Positions 28,106-37,842 of a stretch of DNA of 46,901 nt are shown here, piece by piece. Under the pieces are notes generated by a model that did not search any database, was not told the origin of the DNA, and saw only the letters and a list, made by a program, of their open reading frames with translations. Source of the stretch: Verrucomicrobiales bacterium (lineage in GTDB: Bacteria; Verrucomicrobiota; Verrucomicrobiia; Verrucomicrobiales; V1-33); NCBI GenBank assembly GCA_031411295.1, contig JANOAV010000085.1, positions 1 to 46,901 of the forward strand. Direction: 5' to 3'. Both the position numbers and the translations under genes were made by a program. Numbering within the stretch: the stretch's first letter is position 1; every line of letters begins with the position of its first letter.

Positions 28106-29116
28106 TTAGTAACGCAACAACGCGCCTCCGATGGAGAACCCAGCTGAAGTGCCCAGCAGCAAGGCGACATGACCCCGCTGCAATCGGCCCTGCTGAATGG
28201 CTTCGTGCAGCGCCATGGGCAGGGAGGCGGCAATCACATTGCCGTGGTCCTGCACGATTTCCATCAGCTTGGCGATGGGGATGCCGAGTCGCTTCCGCAA
28301 ATGCCGCATCGCCAAGAGGCTCGCTTGGTGGGGGATCACGAGATCAATCGCATCCCAGCGGCACTCGTTCGCACCGACCATCGCGCTGACAAAAGATTCC
28401 ATCTTCTCTGCTGCCAAACGGAAGATGCCTGGACCGTCCATGTGGAAGAGGTAGTCAGAGGTGTTCACGCCCGGCACATGCTCCATAGCTGGTTGAGCGC
28501 TGCCGCCACCGCGAATCTCCGTAAGCTGCGCGCCCGCCGGCCATGTCGCCAAGGAAGTCTGGAGCAGGGCCGAATCGGCCTCGGCCGGACTGCGGGAAAC
28601 GAGGACTGCGGCTGCGCCATCGCCCATGAGTGCGGCCGCTTCGGGCTCCTTCCAGTTCAATCCCTTGGAAGCAATCTCCGCGCAAACAATCGCGATGCGG
28701 CCATACCGTCCGGTCGCCAGCAGGCTCCCCGCGAGTTCCAACGCGGCCACGAATCCCAGACAGGTTAAATTGACATCAAAACAGGCCAACCCCTCCCAAC
28801 CCATTTCCCTAGCGATGAGTGCCGCCGTGCAAGGAATGATTTGCTGCGGGGTGGCACCAGCGGAAATGAGCGCGTCCGGGCGGCCAGGGGATTGCCTCAG
28901 AGCTTGCTGGAGCGATATTGCGGCCAGTTGCGATGCTGTTTCCGTGGTCACAAAATGCCGCATTTGAACCCCAGTATGCCGCAGCGTCCAGCCATCTTCC
29001 AAGCCGAGGCGTTGGTCGATTTGGGCTGCGCTGACCTGCTGCGCGGGCAGGCATTTCCCCGTGGCGAGGATCTGCAGCGGGAGCGAGAGGTTAGGATTGG
29101 GGCGGGATGATGACAT
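28106..29116 (-). CDS. 3-oxoacyl-ACP synthase III-like (FabH-like) condensing enzyme
   Basis: Catalytic Cys (NLTCLGF), His (PHQAS) and Asn (HGNVIAAS); GDGAAA. Confidence 0.9.
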   Translation of the reverse strand: MSSSRPNPNLSLPLQILATGKCLPAQQVSAAQIDQRLGLEDGWTLRHTGVQMRHFVTTETASQLAAISLQQALRQSPGRPDALISAGATPQQIIPCTAALIAREMGWEGLACFDVNLTCLGFVAALELAGSLLATGRYGRIAIVCAEIASKGLNWKEPEAAALMGDGAAAVLVSRSPAEADSALLQTSLATWPAGAQLTEIRGGGSAQPAMEHVPGVNTSDYLFHMDGPGIFRLAAEKMESFVSAMVGANECRWDAIDLVIPHQASLLAMRHLRKRLGIPIAKLMEIVQDHGNVIAASLPMALHEAIQQGRLQRGHVALLLGTSAGFSIGGALLRY

Positions 29117-29192
29117 GAATAATTAGACCACGAAGCATCTGAGCAGCAAAATCGCTAAACTCAATGGGGGCATCAGAAAAAGGAATCACACC

Positions 29193-31367
29193 TCACTTTC
29201 TCTCCGCGCGTCTGGCTTCAATCACGCGTGCGGCTGCAGTGGGGTCCTTCTGGGCCAAGCTCCGAATGGCGTTTTGGTAGCTGCTCTCGCGCAGCGATTC
29301 ATTCTGAATCTGCCCGGCCCAGATCACGGCACTTTCGGGGTCAGACTTGCGGATTTGCATGACCAAGCTGGACACCGCCTCATCCTTGGCCTTCCCCACG
29401 GGCAATCCTTTGATCCATGTGCTTGCTGCCATAGAATCGCTCTGGGCCCAGGTCCCTGCCAAGCTTTCGATAAATTTCTCCTGCGGTTCGCCTGGAGGCA
29501 GTTGGGCAATCCATGCGGAGGCAGCTTGGGGATCGCTCTCGCCCCAAGCAGAGCCTAATTGGGCAAGTCCTTGATTCACGATGGGAGCGTCCTCCGGGGT
29601 CGCACGTTGTTGCAGTGTCATGAGGTAACTGGCGGCCGCCTGGGGATCTTCGGAGATTTTGCTTGTAAGTAATCGTGCTATGCCAGCCGTGCGGAGATCT
29701 CCTGTCATCTGTGGCACGGCTTGCTCGAAAGCGGTGGGATCCGACGTGGCCCACTGCGAGAAGACATTGGAAATGGCTTCTTTTTGCCTAGCTTGGTTCG
29801 GAATTTGTTGAGCCTTCAGGAGTGCGCCTGGAGCATCGGACTGGGCTAACCGAGGGAGGATAGACCCCAGCACCCGGTCTTGAAATTCTGTTGGCAGGGT
29901 GGCAGCCCAAGCGTATGCGGCCACGGGATCTTGCGATGAATACTGCTCAGCGAAATTAGACCAAGCCGAGTCGGAAGGTGGCAGGCCCGCTTGAGCCAGC
30001 AACTTTGCCGTGCTCTCGGGATCACGGCGTGCGGCGTAGGAAATGATATTGGAGTCTTTGAAAATCGCCTGCATCTCATCCGACTCCAATTTTTGGCAAA
30101 CCAGAGTCAGTTTGGCCACATCGATATTCGAATTAGCACCAAAGCAGCCCTTTAAGAAAGCACGTTTGTCTGTCGGGTTATCGATCTGATTCGCGCTGGT
30201 TAGGATGCTGCTTGCCTCAGCATCCCACATGGCACGGCCTAGAATACCAATGGCGGCGGACTTCTCACTGGCAGATGTCAAGCTTTGCGCCCAGTGCAAG
30301 GCGGCATCAGGATCCTTCTGCCGCCACGCTCCAACTAGGTTTGGGATGACATCTAGCCTTTGTCTTCCTTGCAGACTGCTGAAGATGGCTATGGCCGTTT
30401 TGGGATCCGTGGCGGTTATTTGTGAGAAAAGTTGGCCGCACTCTGTTTTAGCTTGGTCTGAGGGTGGGAGGGATTTGAAATACTCCGCTGCGGCCAGGGG
30501 ATCCCGCATGGCCCATGCCTGAAGGGCACCGGAACGGGCGCTACCACGATCGTTCGGATTTGCGATTTTCTCTGCCGCGGTTAGCGCAGTAACTGGATCC
30601 GCCTGGGCCCAGGTTTGGAAGAGATTGTTTGTCTGATACTGTCTGACATCGGCTGGCATTTTCGAAATCGCCAGGGCTGCGGCCGCAGGATCCAGCCGCG
30701 CCCAGTTCCGGAGCACAACATCTTTGGATCCATCCTTGATGCTACGCGAGGTCGTCTTGAGTAATGCAAACGCGGCGGCTGGGTCAGATTCGGATAATTG
30801 GTTAACAATGATCGACTTGGCACTTTCCCGCTCAGCGGGGGTGTCCAAAGTGGATGCCAAACGGAGCGCTGCTTCAGGGCTGATTTCCGCTGTGGCTCTG
30901 ATGTGGTTCAGCAGAGCCACCTGACGTTTGTCTGGAGCTAACCCTTGAGCCCAAGCCAGAGCAGAAGCTGGATCGTAGGCATTCCAGAGGCGTTGCACTT
31001 CTCGAAGCGCGATGGGTTGATGGGCAGTGAATGCGGGAATGTCGTTCAACTGTGCGGCAAAGCCTGGCAACTGATCCGGGGGAATCTCCTCCAACGCACG
31101 ATACAGGAAATACGTGGTATCCCGCTGTCCTGGAAGCGCCAGCGCGCGATCCAGCAGTTCTTGGGCGGTGCCAGTAAACGGTAGCCAGTCCTTGCCAGAG
31201 CGGAGTTTTCCCTTAACGCCAGGAAGCTCCGGCCGGCCACTAGGGTTCGAGGCCACGCCTCGAGACGTGGCCGAATCAGCCAATCGATTGGACGGAGACC
31301 GGCCCATCCAATAGCCCAACCCAAGGCTTAGCAAGATGGCGATTCCAAGCTGAGCAAATTTCCTCAT
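29193..31367 (-). CDS. Membrane-anchored alpha-helical repeat protein (W-x-x-x-DP-x-AA repeats)
   Basis: N-terminal hydrophobic anchor and more than ten imperfect 'WA..DP.AA..W' repeats, a type common in Verrucomicrobia. Confidence 0.75.
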   Translation of the reverse strand: MRKFAQLGIAILLSLGLGYWMGRSPSNRLADSATSRGVASNPSGRPELPGVKGKLRSGKDWLPFTGTAQELLDRALALPGQRDTTYFLYRALEEIPPDQLPGFAAQLNDIPAFTAHQPIALREVQRLWNAYDPASALAWAQGLAPDKRQVALLNHIRATAEISPEAALRLASTLDTPAERESAKSIIVNQLSESDPAAAFALLKTTSRSIKDGSKDVVLRNWARLDPAAAALAISKMPADVRQYQTNNLFQTWAQADPVTALTAAEKIANPNDRGSARSGALQAWAMRDPLAAAEYFKSLPPSDQAKTECGQLFSQITATDPKTAIAIFSSLQGRQRLDVIPNLVGAWRQKDPDAALHWAQSLTSASEKSAAIGILGRAMWDAEASSILTSANQIDNPTDKRAFLKGCFGANSNIDVAKLTLVCQKLESDEMQAIFKDSNIISYAARRDPESTAKLLAQAGLPPSDSAWSNFAEQYSSQDPVAAYAWAATLPTEFQDRVLGSILPRLAQSDAPGALLKAQQIPNQARQKEAISNVFSQWATSDPTAFEQAVPQMTGDLRTAGIARLLTSKISEDPQAAASYLMTLQQRATPEDAPIVNQGLAQLGSAWGESDPQAASAWIAQLPPGEPQEKFIESLAGTWAQSDSMAASTWIKGLPVGKAKDEAVSSLVMQIRKSDPESAVIWAGQIQNESLRESSYQNAIRSLAQKDPTAAARVIEARRAERK

Positions 31368-31470
31368 GGCAAACAAGTATCGAAGCGGGCCTGACTTGTC
31401 TTGCGGAAATTCCGAGAATGTGAGGAAGCTGGCTGGGTTTGGGTCATCTGAGCGCACCGCAACTCGTTGC

Positions 31471-32187
31471 TCACCACGCCCAGACCCCAGCCTCGATCAA
31501 TTGGCGTTTCACAGCTCCTTCCCAGTCTTTGTTGGCAGCGGGATTGGCGGGACTGGGGTGGCTGATTTTGGTGATCTTACGGGCGGGGTTGGTTCCGGCG
31601 GCGGCTTGAAATTTCGTTTCCGCAAAGGCTCCCACGCCTACCAGCCATTCAGGATTGAGCAGATCGATCACCTTTCGCAAATGAGTTAGGCATGCGGTTT
31701 CCACGGGAGCCATTTCACTATTAGGGACTTTGTCCGGGGTGCGGTTGCGACCGCTGTTTTCCAAGAAAATGAGCGGACAATAATTCAGCACGAAACATTC
31801 ATCGAAGAATGTCTCAGCCGTGACGAATTGTTTCTGGGCCCAGCCCCAGAGTCGCCTGCCGCTGACTTCGGAACGCTTGCAGTTGAAGCCTTCGATGATG
31901 CGTTTGGGATGCTCGTTAGGAGGATGGGAAACCGGAGCGGAAATTCCCATCCAGTCGCGCACGGCGGGGATTTCCCCGAAGGGCACGCCGGTCTGCGCCA
32001 TGCCGAAGGGACCGGGGTTCATGCCGAGGAAAAGCACGCGCTTGGGCCCCCTCCCGTAGCGGGTGAGGTATTGTTGATGCGGCTCCCAGGCGTATTTCAG
32101 CGGATTGTAAACGTGGTGCACGGGGGGACTGAATTTCAGCCCGCTGAGGTCGGTGCGGAGTTGCTTGGCCGCGGCAATGAGAGACAT
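31471..32187 (-). CDS. SMUG1-type (family 3) uracil-DNA glycosylase
   Basis: VYNPL, GMNPGPFGMAQTGVPFG, SEVSGRR, NYCPL, HPSPANP. Confidence 0.92.
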   Translation of the reverse strand: MSLIAAAKQLRTDLSGLKFSPPVHHVYNPLKYAWEPHQQYLTRYGRGPKRVLFLGMNPGPFGMAQTGVPFGEIPAVRDWMGISAPVSHPPNEHPKRIIEGFNCKRSEVSGRRLWGWAQKQFVTAETFFDECFVLNYCPLIFLENSGRNRTPDKVPNSEMAPVETACLTHLRKVIDLLNPEWLVGVGAFAETKFQAAAGTNPARKITKISHPSPANPAANKDWEGAVKRQLIEAGVWAW

Positions 32188-32188
32188 G

Positions 32189-33259
32189 CTAGAGTTTGGT
32201 TTCGCTATGGGTGGAACGCAGATGGATGGTCTTTTCCCGCAGGTTGTGGTGCGTTTCGAGGAAGCGAACCGTCTTGCTCTTCACCCGCATCAGCACGCTG
32301 TGCGTCGTGGCAATGTGGCCTGTGACGCGCACGCCGCGCAGGAAGGGTCCATCGCAGATGCCAGTGGCGCAGAAGAAGATGTCATCACCGTAGGCCAAAT
32401 CCCGCGAACGGAACATGGTATCCAGTCGATCGCCCCAGCCTTCGTCAATAATGCTCTGGCGCTCCGCGTCATCCCGCGGCCAGATCTTAGCCTGCATGCC
32501 CCCGCCCAGGCAGCGCAGTCCCGCTGCGGCCAGCACCCCTTCCGGGGCTCCGCCAATGCCGTAGAAAAGATCCACTCCAGAGGCCTGCATGGCAGGGGCC
32601 AGCGCGATCGTAATATCCCCATCCGCCACCATCCGCAGGGAAGCACCACTGCGGCGGATTTCTTCCACGAAAGGCTCATTGCGCGGACGGTCCAACGCCA
32701 TGACGACAACGTCCCGGACGTCTTTCTCGAGAATGCGGGCCGTGAGTTTAATGACCTCGGAGATGGGGGCATCGAGACTCAATGGTAGACTGGGATCTGC
32801 CATCCAGGCGCGTCGCACGACTTCTGGGTAGCTCATTTTCTTGAGGTAGAAGGCGGGAATGTCCAGTAAGGTAGGCGGGGCTCCTTCGGCCCGCGTAACG
32901 GCGGCAATGCAGGAGAGGGAATTCGGCATGCCCTTGGCGGTATTGGTCGTGCCATCAACGGGGTCCAAGGCCACGTCGAAGCGCGGGGAACCTTCCGCCC
33001 ATGTTCCCACGCGCTCACCTTTGAAGATGCCGGGTGCCTCGTCCTTGATGCCTTCACCAATGGTGACCTCCCCGCGGATGTTCATCAGATCGAACATGCC
33101 CCGGATGGCGTCACAGGCGGCGGCATCGGCGGCCTCTTTGTCTCCCTTGCCAATCCATTGCATGGTATTGAGGGCGGCTATTTCAGTGGCGCGCAGGAAA
33201 TCGAATTCCACAAGGCGTTCGATATCTGGATTGGAAGTGAGGGAATAGTTGGAGTTCAT
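32189..33259 (-). CDS. glpX: Class II fructose-1,6-bisphosphatase
   Basis: RATEIAAL, GEG..DEAP, DPVDGT, DRPR, DGD, GIGGAPEGVLAA, ATGI. Confidence 0.95.
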   Translation of the reverse strand: MNSNYSLTSNPDIERLVEFDFLRATEIAALNTMQWIGKGDKEAADAAACDAIRGMFDLMNIRGEVTIGEGIKDEAPGIFKGERVGTWAEGSPRFDVALDPVDGTTNTAKGMPNSLSCIAAVTRAEGAPPTLLDIPAFYLKKMSYPEVVRRAWMADPSLPLSLDAPISEVIKLTARILEKDVRDVVVMALDRPRNEPFVEEIRRSGASLRMVADGDITIALAPAMQASGVDLFYGIGGAPEGVLAAAGLRCLGGGMQAKIWPRDDAERQSIIDEGWGDRLDTMFRSRDLAYGDDIFFCATGICDGPFLRGVRVTGHIATTHSVLMRVKSKTVRFLETHHNLREKTIHLRSTHSETKL

Positions 33260-33360
33260 GATGGATTCCCGAGAATGGACAAAGAATCCAGAATGTCGAA
33301 CCCGGAATCTTGAATTATCTGGGGCGATCCCATGAGCCCGGAAACGGAGATTTTTGGGGC

Positions 33361-33389
33361 TTGCCCGTCGGTGCGGAAAGTTGTAGGCT
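33361..33389 (+). promoter_or_regulatory. Sigma70-type promoter for the 33412 gene
   Basis: TTGCCC-N17-TAGGCT, 22 nt upstream of the ATG. Confidence 0.45.
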
Positions 33390-33411
33390 GTGACTCAACC
33401 AAAATTTCTCC

Positions 33412-34071
33412 ATGAAACAACTCCCGTGCCTATCGATCCGCCGCGCCATGACTCTCTTGGCTTGCGGCCTTGTGCTTACTGCGGGGTCGGTCCGTGCTCA
33501 GTCCGCGGAGGATATGGAGCACGGCAACGTCTGGAGTCGGATCATCAAACACTTTGATGGCACCTTGACCAAGTCTTTTAAGGACCCCGATAAGAATCGG
33601 GTGATTGAGGAGAAATACGATGCCAATCTGGTCTTGATCCAGAAGCGACTCTTCCAATACGACAGCAAAGAGCGCCTTCGGAACGGGGTGATCATGGACG
33701 CCAAAGGAAATGCTCTGGCAAGCACGAGATATGGCTTTGATAACTACGATCGGATCAACGAGGAGCGCTTGTTTAACGCGAAGGGGGAATTGATTCAGCG
33801 GAAATTCCCCCCTGGCACCCTGACCGGGGTGCCGGCCAACGCCAAATATAGTGTTAGTTTTACGATTGATCCCAAGAATCCCACCGCGCTTGGACAAATG
33901 AAGGCTACCTTCGATCCGATCATCCAGCCGACCAATAATGAGTCAGATACCTTCACGCCCGGGGTTCCGCTGGGCGCACCCAAGGCTGGTGGTGCCGGGT
34001 TGCCTTCCGCAGTGCCAGCGTCTGCGCCGATTGGCAGGAAACCGTCTATTTTCCCCACCAAACAGCGTTAG
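33412..34071 (+). CDS. Secreted hypothetical protein with YD-like beta-hairpin repeats
   Basis: Signal peptide (VRA-Q); repeated YD/FD..G turns; Pro-rich tail. Confidence 0.7.
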   Translation: MKQLPCLSIRRAMTLLACGLVLTAGSVRAQSAEDMEHGNVWSRIIKHFDGTLTKSFKDPDKNRVIEEKYDANLVLIQKRLFQYDSKERLRNGVIMDAKGNALASTRYGFDNYDRINEERLFNAKGELIQRKFPPGTLTGVPANAKYSVSFTIDPKNPTALGQMKATFDPIIQPTNNESDTFTPGVPLGAPKAGGAGLPSAVPASAPIGRKPSIFPTKQR

Positions 34072-34085
34072 ACTGAAATCACGGA

Positions 34086-35534
34086 ATGCATCCCTCAAAT
34101 CTGTTAGCCTGTCTCGCTGTTCTGGGTGCCATCGGGGGCGCATGGACCTGGGGCTCATTTAAGGAAAAAACCGCCGAGCGGGGAGGACCGATTACGGCGC
34201 GCACGAGTGTTGCCACCGACGGACCGCAGGCCCTGCTGCCCGAGTTGAGCAGCGGCTCGGTGGGCGACGGCCCCACAGGAACCTTGCAGCGGCAGATCCA
34301 GCGTCTGGAAGAACAGAACCAGTTATTGCAGAAAGAAAATCAAAGTCTGCGCGGGCAGTTGAGCAAAGCTTTAGAGGCCAATGCGCCGCCGCCGCAGCCG
34401 GAATCCTTAGCCGAACGGCTGACTGGTCTGCGCGATCTCAAATATGTGAAGCCACCAAAATTCAAAGCGGTGCCCATGGAAGAGTTGCAGGCGGAAATCA
34501 TGAAGGCTGTGAGCAGCCAGATTACGGATGAAGCTACGACCGCCCGCTCCAAGGCTTACCAGGCGATGAATTTCGTGGTCGATCCCTTTTCCTATCGTGA
34601 CGCCGTCGTCAATGCAGTGGGTAATCAGGCGGTGGCTGCCTACCTGCCGGAATCCAATGAAGCGATCTATCAAAATGACGCGGATCTGCGACGGGTGGAT
34701 GGGCGGGATCGATTGATGGCAGCAGCCTGTTGGGCTTTGCAGCAGCAGAATTTCCCAAACTCATTTCCGCTCGCCATGGCCACGGAGCAAGATGATGCCG
34801 CGTGTGCTGTCCGTGCGTTAGCGACGGGTGACAACACCCTGACGCGCATTCGCTGGTCGTTGCAAGACGATCTGGTCAACCTGACCGACGGCCCGGCCCC
34901 AGGCTTTCCACGTCAGGATTACACCCCGCTCTATTTCTCCGAACAGTTCAAATTTTTTGCAGATCAGGGAAAAACGTTCGTCGATGCGCTGATGCAGGAA
35001 AAGGGCCTAGCCGGAGTCTCCGCGGCCTACGCGAGGCTGCCGCAGAGCACGGCGGAGTTGCTCCATCCAGAATTGTATCTGGCCAACCCACCGTTCCAAC
35101 CGATCGTTGTTCCCGCTACAGATGGCATCCGCCCGGGCGCAGAGCCTTATTTCACGAACGTGGCCGGAGAGTTCAGCACGGACATTTCGTTCCGCTACTT
35201 CATGAGCCCGGACTTGGCGGTGCGGATTGCTGATGGGTGGGCGGGGGATCGCTACTGGGTCTATGCAGGAGATGCACAATATGGCGATCACGTTTTCTGG
35301 AAGACCCGCTGGCGCATGCCGGCAGATGGCCAGGAATTTTATGACGGGATGCGGCGGGTCCTCATGCAGCGATTTACCATTCCCTATCAAAAGGAATACG
35401 ATCAACCCGGAGCCTTCATCGTCAATGATCCGCACCGCATCATTCGGCTGCGCATAAGCGACGACAAACTCAGCGTCACCCTGGTGAATGCCACGGATGT
35501 TAAGCTCGCGGACATCCTGGACAGCCCGAAATGA
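34086..35534 (+). CDS. Coiled-coil plus degenerate zincin-like (DUF6782/Hvo_1808-like) exported protein
   Basis: PQSTAELLHPELYL and GWAGDRY resemble that family, but HExxH is absent. Confidence 0.55.
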   Translation: MHPSNLLACLAVLGAIGGAWTWGSFKEKTAERGGPITARTSVATDGPQALLPELSSGSVGDGPTGTLQRQIQRLEEQNQLLQKENQSLRGQLSKALEANAPPPQPESLAERLTGLRDLKYVKPPKFKAVPMEELQAEIMKAVSSQITDEATTARSKAYQAMNFVVDPFSYRDAVVNAVGNQAVAAYLPESNEAIYQNDADLRRVDGRDRLMAAACWALQQQNFPNSFPLAMATEQDDAACAVRALATGDNTLTRIRWSLQDDLVNLTDGPAPGFPRQDYTPLYFSEQFKFFADQGKTFVDALMQEKGLAGVSAAYARLPQSTAELLHPELYLANPPFQPIVVPATDGIRPGAEPYFTNVAGEFSTDISFRYFMSPDLAVRIADGWAGDRYWVYAGDAQYGDHVFWKTRWRMPADGQEFYDGMRRVLMQRFTIPYQKEYDQPGAFIVNDPHRIIRLRISDDKLSVTLVNATDVKLADILDSPK

Positions 35535-35600
35535 CAAATTCTTTCTGCCAGCTCAGACGAGCCGACTCCTCCGCGTTCCTTCAGCTATTCCGCTACTCCG

Positions 35601-35945
35601 CTACTCCGACTCAATGATGATGTCCCGCTTCCGCTTCGGCTTGAGTGGATGGCGCCCACCGGCGGCTTGGCGGAACGGTTGAAAGACGCTTTCGGCACCA
35701 TCCACTTTGATTTGGCAGACCAGCTCCAAGAGTTTCCCCAGCTTGCCTTTGGGGAATCCCTTCTGTTTGAACCACAGCAAATACTCCACCGGGAGGTCAT
35801 AGAGCGGAACTCCATGCGGCGGAAACTGTTGGGGACCAAACTTTCCGAAGGGCATGTGCAGTCGCCCTATTTCCGCCAAGGCAGCCGCCAATTCGGTCTG
35901 GATGGCTTCCAGGCTGGGCACGTCGGAGGATGGATCTTCGGCCAC
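35601..35945 (-). CDS. DUF3820 family protein
   Basis: MPFGK...LYDLPVEYLLWFKQKGFPKGKLG. GTG start. Confidence 0.85.
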   Translation of the reverse strand: MAEDPSSDVPSLEAIQTELAAALAEIGRLHMPFGKFGPQQFPPHGVPLYDLPVEYLLWFKQKGFPKGKLGKLLELVCQIKVDGAESVFQPFRQAAGGRHPLKPKRKRDIIIESE

Positions 35946-35953
35946 AATCAGGG

Positions 35954-37660
35954 TTATTTCTTCTCGGCAGGTGGTGGGGCATTGCCTCCCATATTGATCA
36001 CCAAACCTTTGATCTTACCCTGCAGACCGTCAGCCCCAGCCGGCGTTACCATGGATTGCCAAGCGTAGAGTTTCTGCAGTTTGCTCATGGATTCGAGATT
36101 TTTCAATCCGGCGTCCGTAACCTTGGTCTGGTAAATGTTCAGGTATTCCAATTGGGTCAGCCCCTTGAGGTGGGCAATTCCGACGTCTGAAATATCCGTG
36201 CGTGACAAGATCAGCTTGGCCAAATGCGGCATGCCCGCAAGGTTGGCGATGTCATTATCATCAATCCGCGTGCGGCTAAAGTCCAGGAGCCGGATGTTAT
36301 TACTGATGGGCTTCAAACGCTCCAACTTAAGTTGTCCTGCGGCATAATCCGTGTGGGAGAAATCAAGCTCCAGCACTTTACCATCTTTGGACGCGGGACG
36401 CACCAGAACGCCATCCTTTTTCAATTCCTCAATCAACGCAGCTGGCGGAGCTTGCAGGGCGGCGGCTATCTTATCCTCCGCAAACTCGACATGATCCGCG
36501 CCACCACCAGTAACCCCGTCCCCATAATCCGCGCCTGCGGCAATCCATTTCTTGATGAGCGCAGCATCGCCTGCGGAAATGCCATCGCCCTTTGGAGGCA
36601 TCCGGTCCTCATCTCCCGGCGGCTTCATGATGGAGGCGAGGAGGCTGCTGGAATCCGGTTTACCGGCCACGATGACCGCTTTGCCACGGACCCCAGTCCG
36701 GATGAAGTCAGGGGTATCCAAGCGCAGGTCGCCCTTTTGCTTCTCGGCTCCGTGGCAAGTAATACAATGTTTCTGAATCAGCGGCCGAATCTTCGAGCCG
36801 AAGATGCTATTCTTGGAAATAGGGCGCATATCGGCCAAGGCCATTGCTGCGGAAGGACCAGTGGGCGCAGCGTCGGGTTTGGGTGGAGTCACAGCCGCTG
36901 GAGTTCCCCCAGCCGGCGGTGGGGTGCCGGGGGTGGCGGGAGTGGGCGTGCCTTCAGCTGGAGGGGCGGCAGGTTTCTCATTGCCGGCCATCGCAGGGTC
37001 GGTCCCAGCTGCCGGAGCTGGGGTGGCTGGATCCGCCGGGGCGGGGGTCGCTGGATCAGCTGCGGGTGGTGTGCCAGGGGTGGCAGGATCCGTCGGAGCG
37101 GGAGGATTGGTGGCAGCTACTGCGGGTGCCGTGGGAGCGGCGGGATCTGCTGGCGCAGCAGCCGGAGCGGCCGGAGCAGCGGGAGCGACCGGAGGATTTG
37201 CGGCCACTGCAGCCGCATCACCACCGGTTCCAGGCACCAATACCTTACCCACCAAGAGGCCCACCAAGGTCAACCCCAACGCGCCAATTAATGAGGCCCG
37301 ATATCCCAGAATAAACGTCGTCTGATTCGGCATTTGCACCGGAACGTAACTCCCCGGCGGGTAAAAGCGATCCTTCAAGCTGGCCACCCCGAGATTACGG
37401 GCTTGGCGCTTGAACCAAAATCCTACCGCTGCTGCGGCTGAAGCCAAGGCAACCCAGATGGCATAATCTGCGGTGCCTCGCATCAGGAAGTGAATTCCCG
37501 CACATAACAACCCGACTACGGTGGCGCAACAAAGCAACCATAACACCGCCGGCTCTGCGTCCCTCCGATCTTTAAAAAGCACAAAACACTCCAGCAGTCC
37601 TGCTGCAATCAGGATGCCAATGGGAAGTTGAAATACGAGGGTGAGAAGCTGGTCCAGCAT
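35954..37660 (-). CDS. Membrane-anchored planctomycete cytochrome c with Pro/Ala linker and leucine-rich repeats
   Basis: Four N-terminal TM segments, a long PA-rich linker, CITCH...KGDLRLD...MPP...WI, and C-terminal LRRs (LDFSRT, LILSRT, LNIYQT). Confidence 0.85.
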   Translation of the reverse strand: MLDQLLTLVFQLPIGILIAAGLLECFVLFKDRRDAEPAVLWLLCCATVVGLLCAGIHFLMRGTADYAIWVALASAAAAVGFWFKRQARNLGVASLKDRFYPPGSYVPVQMPNQTTFILGYRASLIGALGLTLVGLLVGKVLVPGTGGDAAAVAANPPVAPAAPAAPAAAPADPAAPTAPAVAATNPPAPTDPATPGTPPAADPATPAPADPATPAPAAGTDPAMAGNEKPAAPPAEGTPTPATPGTPPPAGGTPAAVTPPKPDAAPTGPSAAMALADMRPISKNSIFGSKIRPLIQKHCITCHGAEKQKGDLRLDTPDFIRTGVRGKAVIVAGKPDSSSLLASIMKPPGDEDRMPPKGDGISAGDAALIKKWIAAGADYGDGVTGGGADHVEFAEDKIAAALQAPPAALIEELKKDGVLVRPASKDGKVLELDFSHTDYAAGQLKLERLKPISNNIRLLDFSRTRIDDNDIANLAGMPHLAKLILSRTDISDVGIAHLKGLTQLEYLNIYQTKVTDAGLKNLESMSKLQKLYAWQSMVTPAGADGLQGKIKGLVINMGGNAPPPAEKK

Positions 37661-37842
37661 GTTAGTAGTGATTATTTCTTGAGAGTGTGCCGTAATCTTA
37701 GCGAAAAATTTCCATTCGTCCACGCCTTGATTTACGGAAAATTGCGATTTCTGGCACCTGGCGGCGGATTCGGGATGGGGGGATGGGGTGGGTGGCCCAC
37801 GTTGTCGCTTGCCACGTGGGAGGTTTTATTTCACCGTTGAGC

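Noticed and set aside
35560..35612. Short tandem TCCGCTAC repeats between convergent genes
   Set aside because: Only two to three imperfect copies, partly overlapping the DUF3820 stop; too weak to call an element.
36850..37230. Repetitive DNA in the cytochrome c gene
   Set aside because: Explained by a Pro/Ala/Thr low-complexity protein linker.
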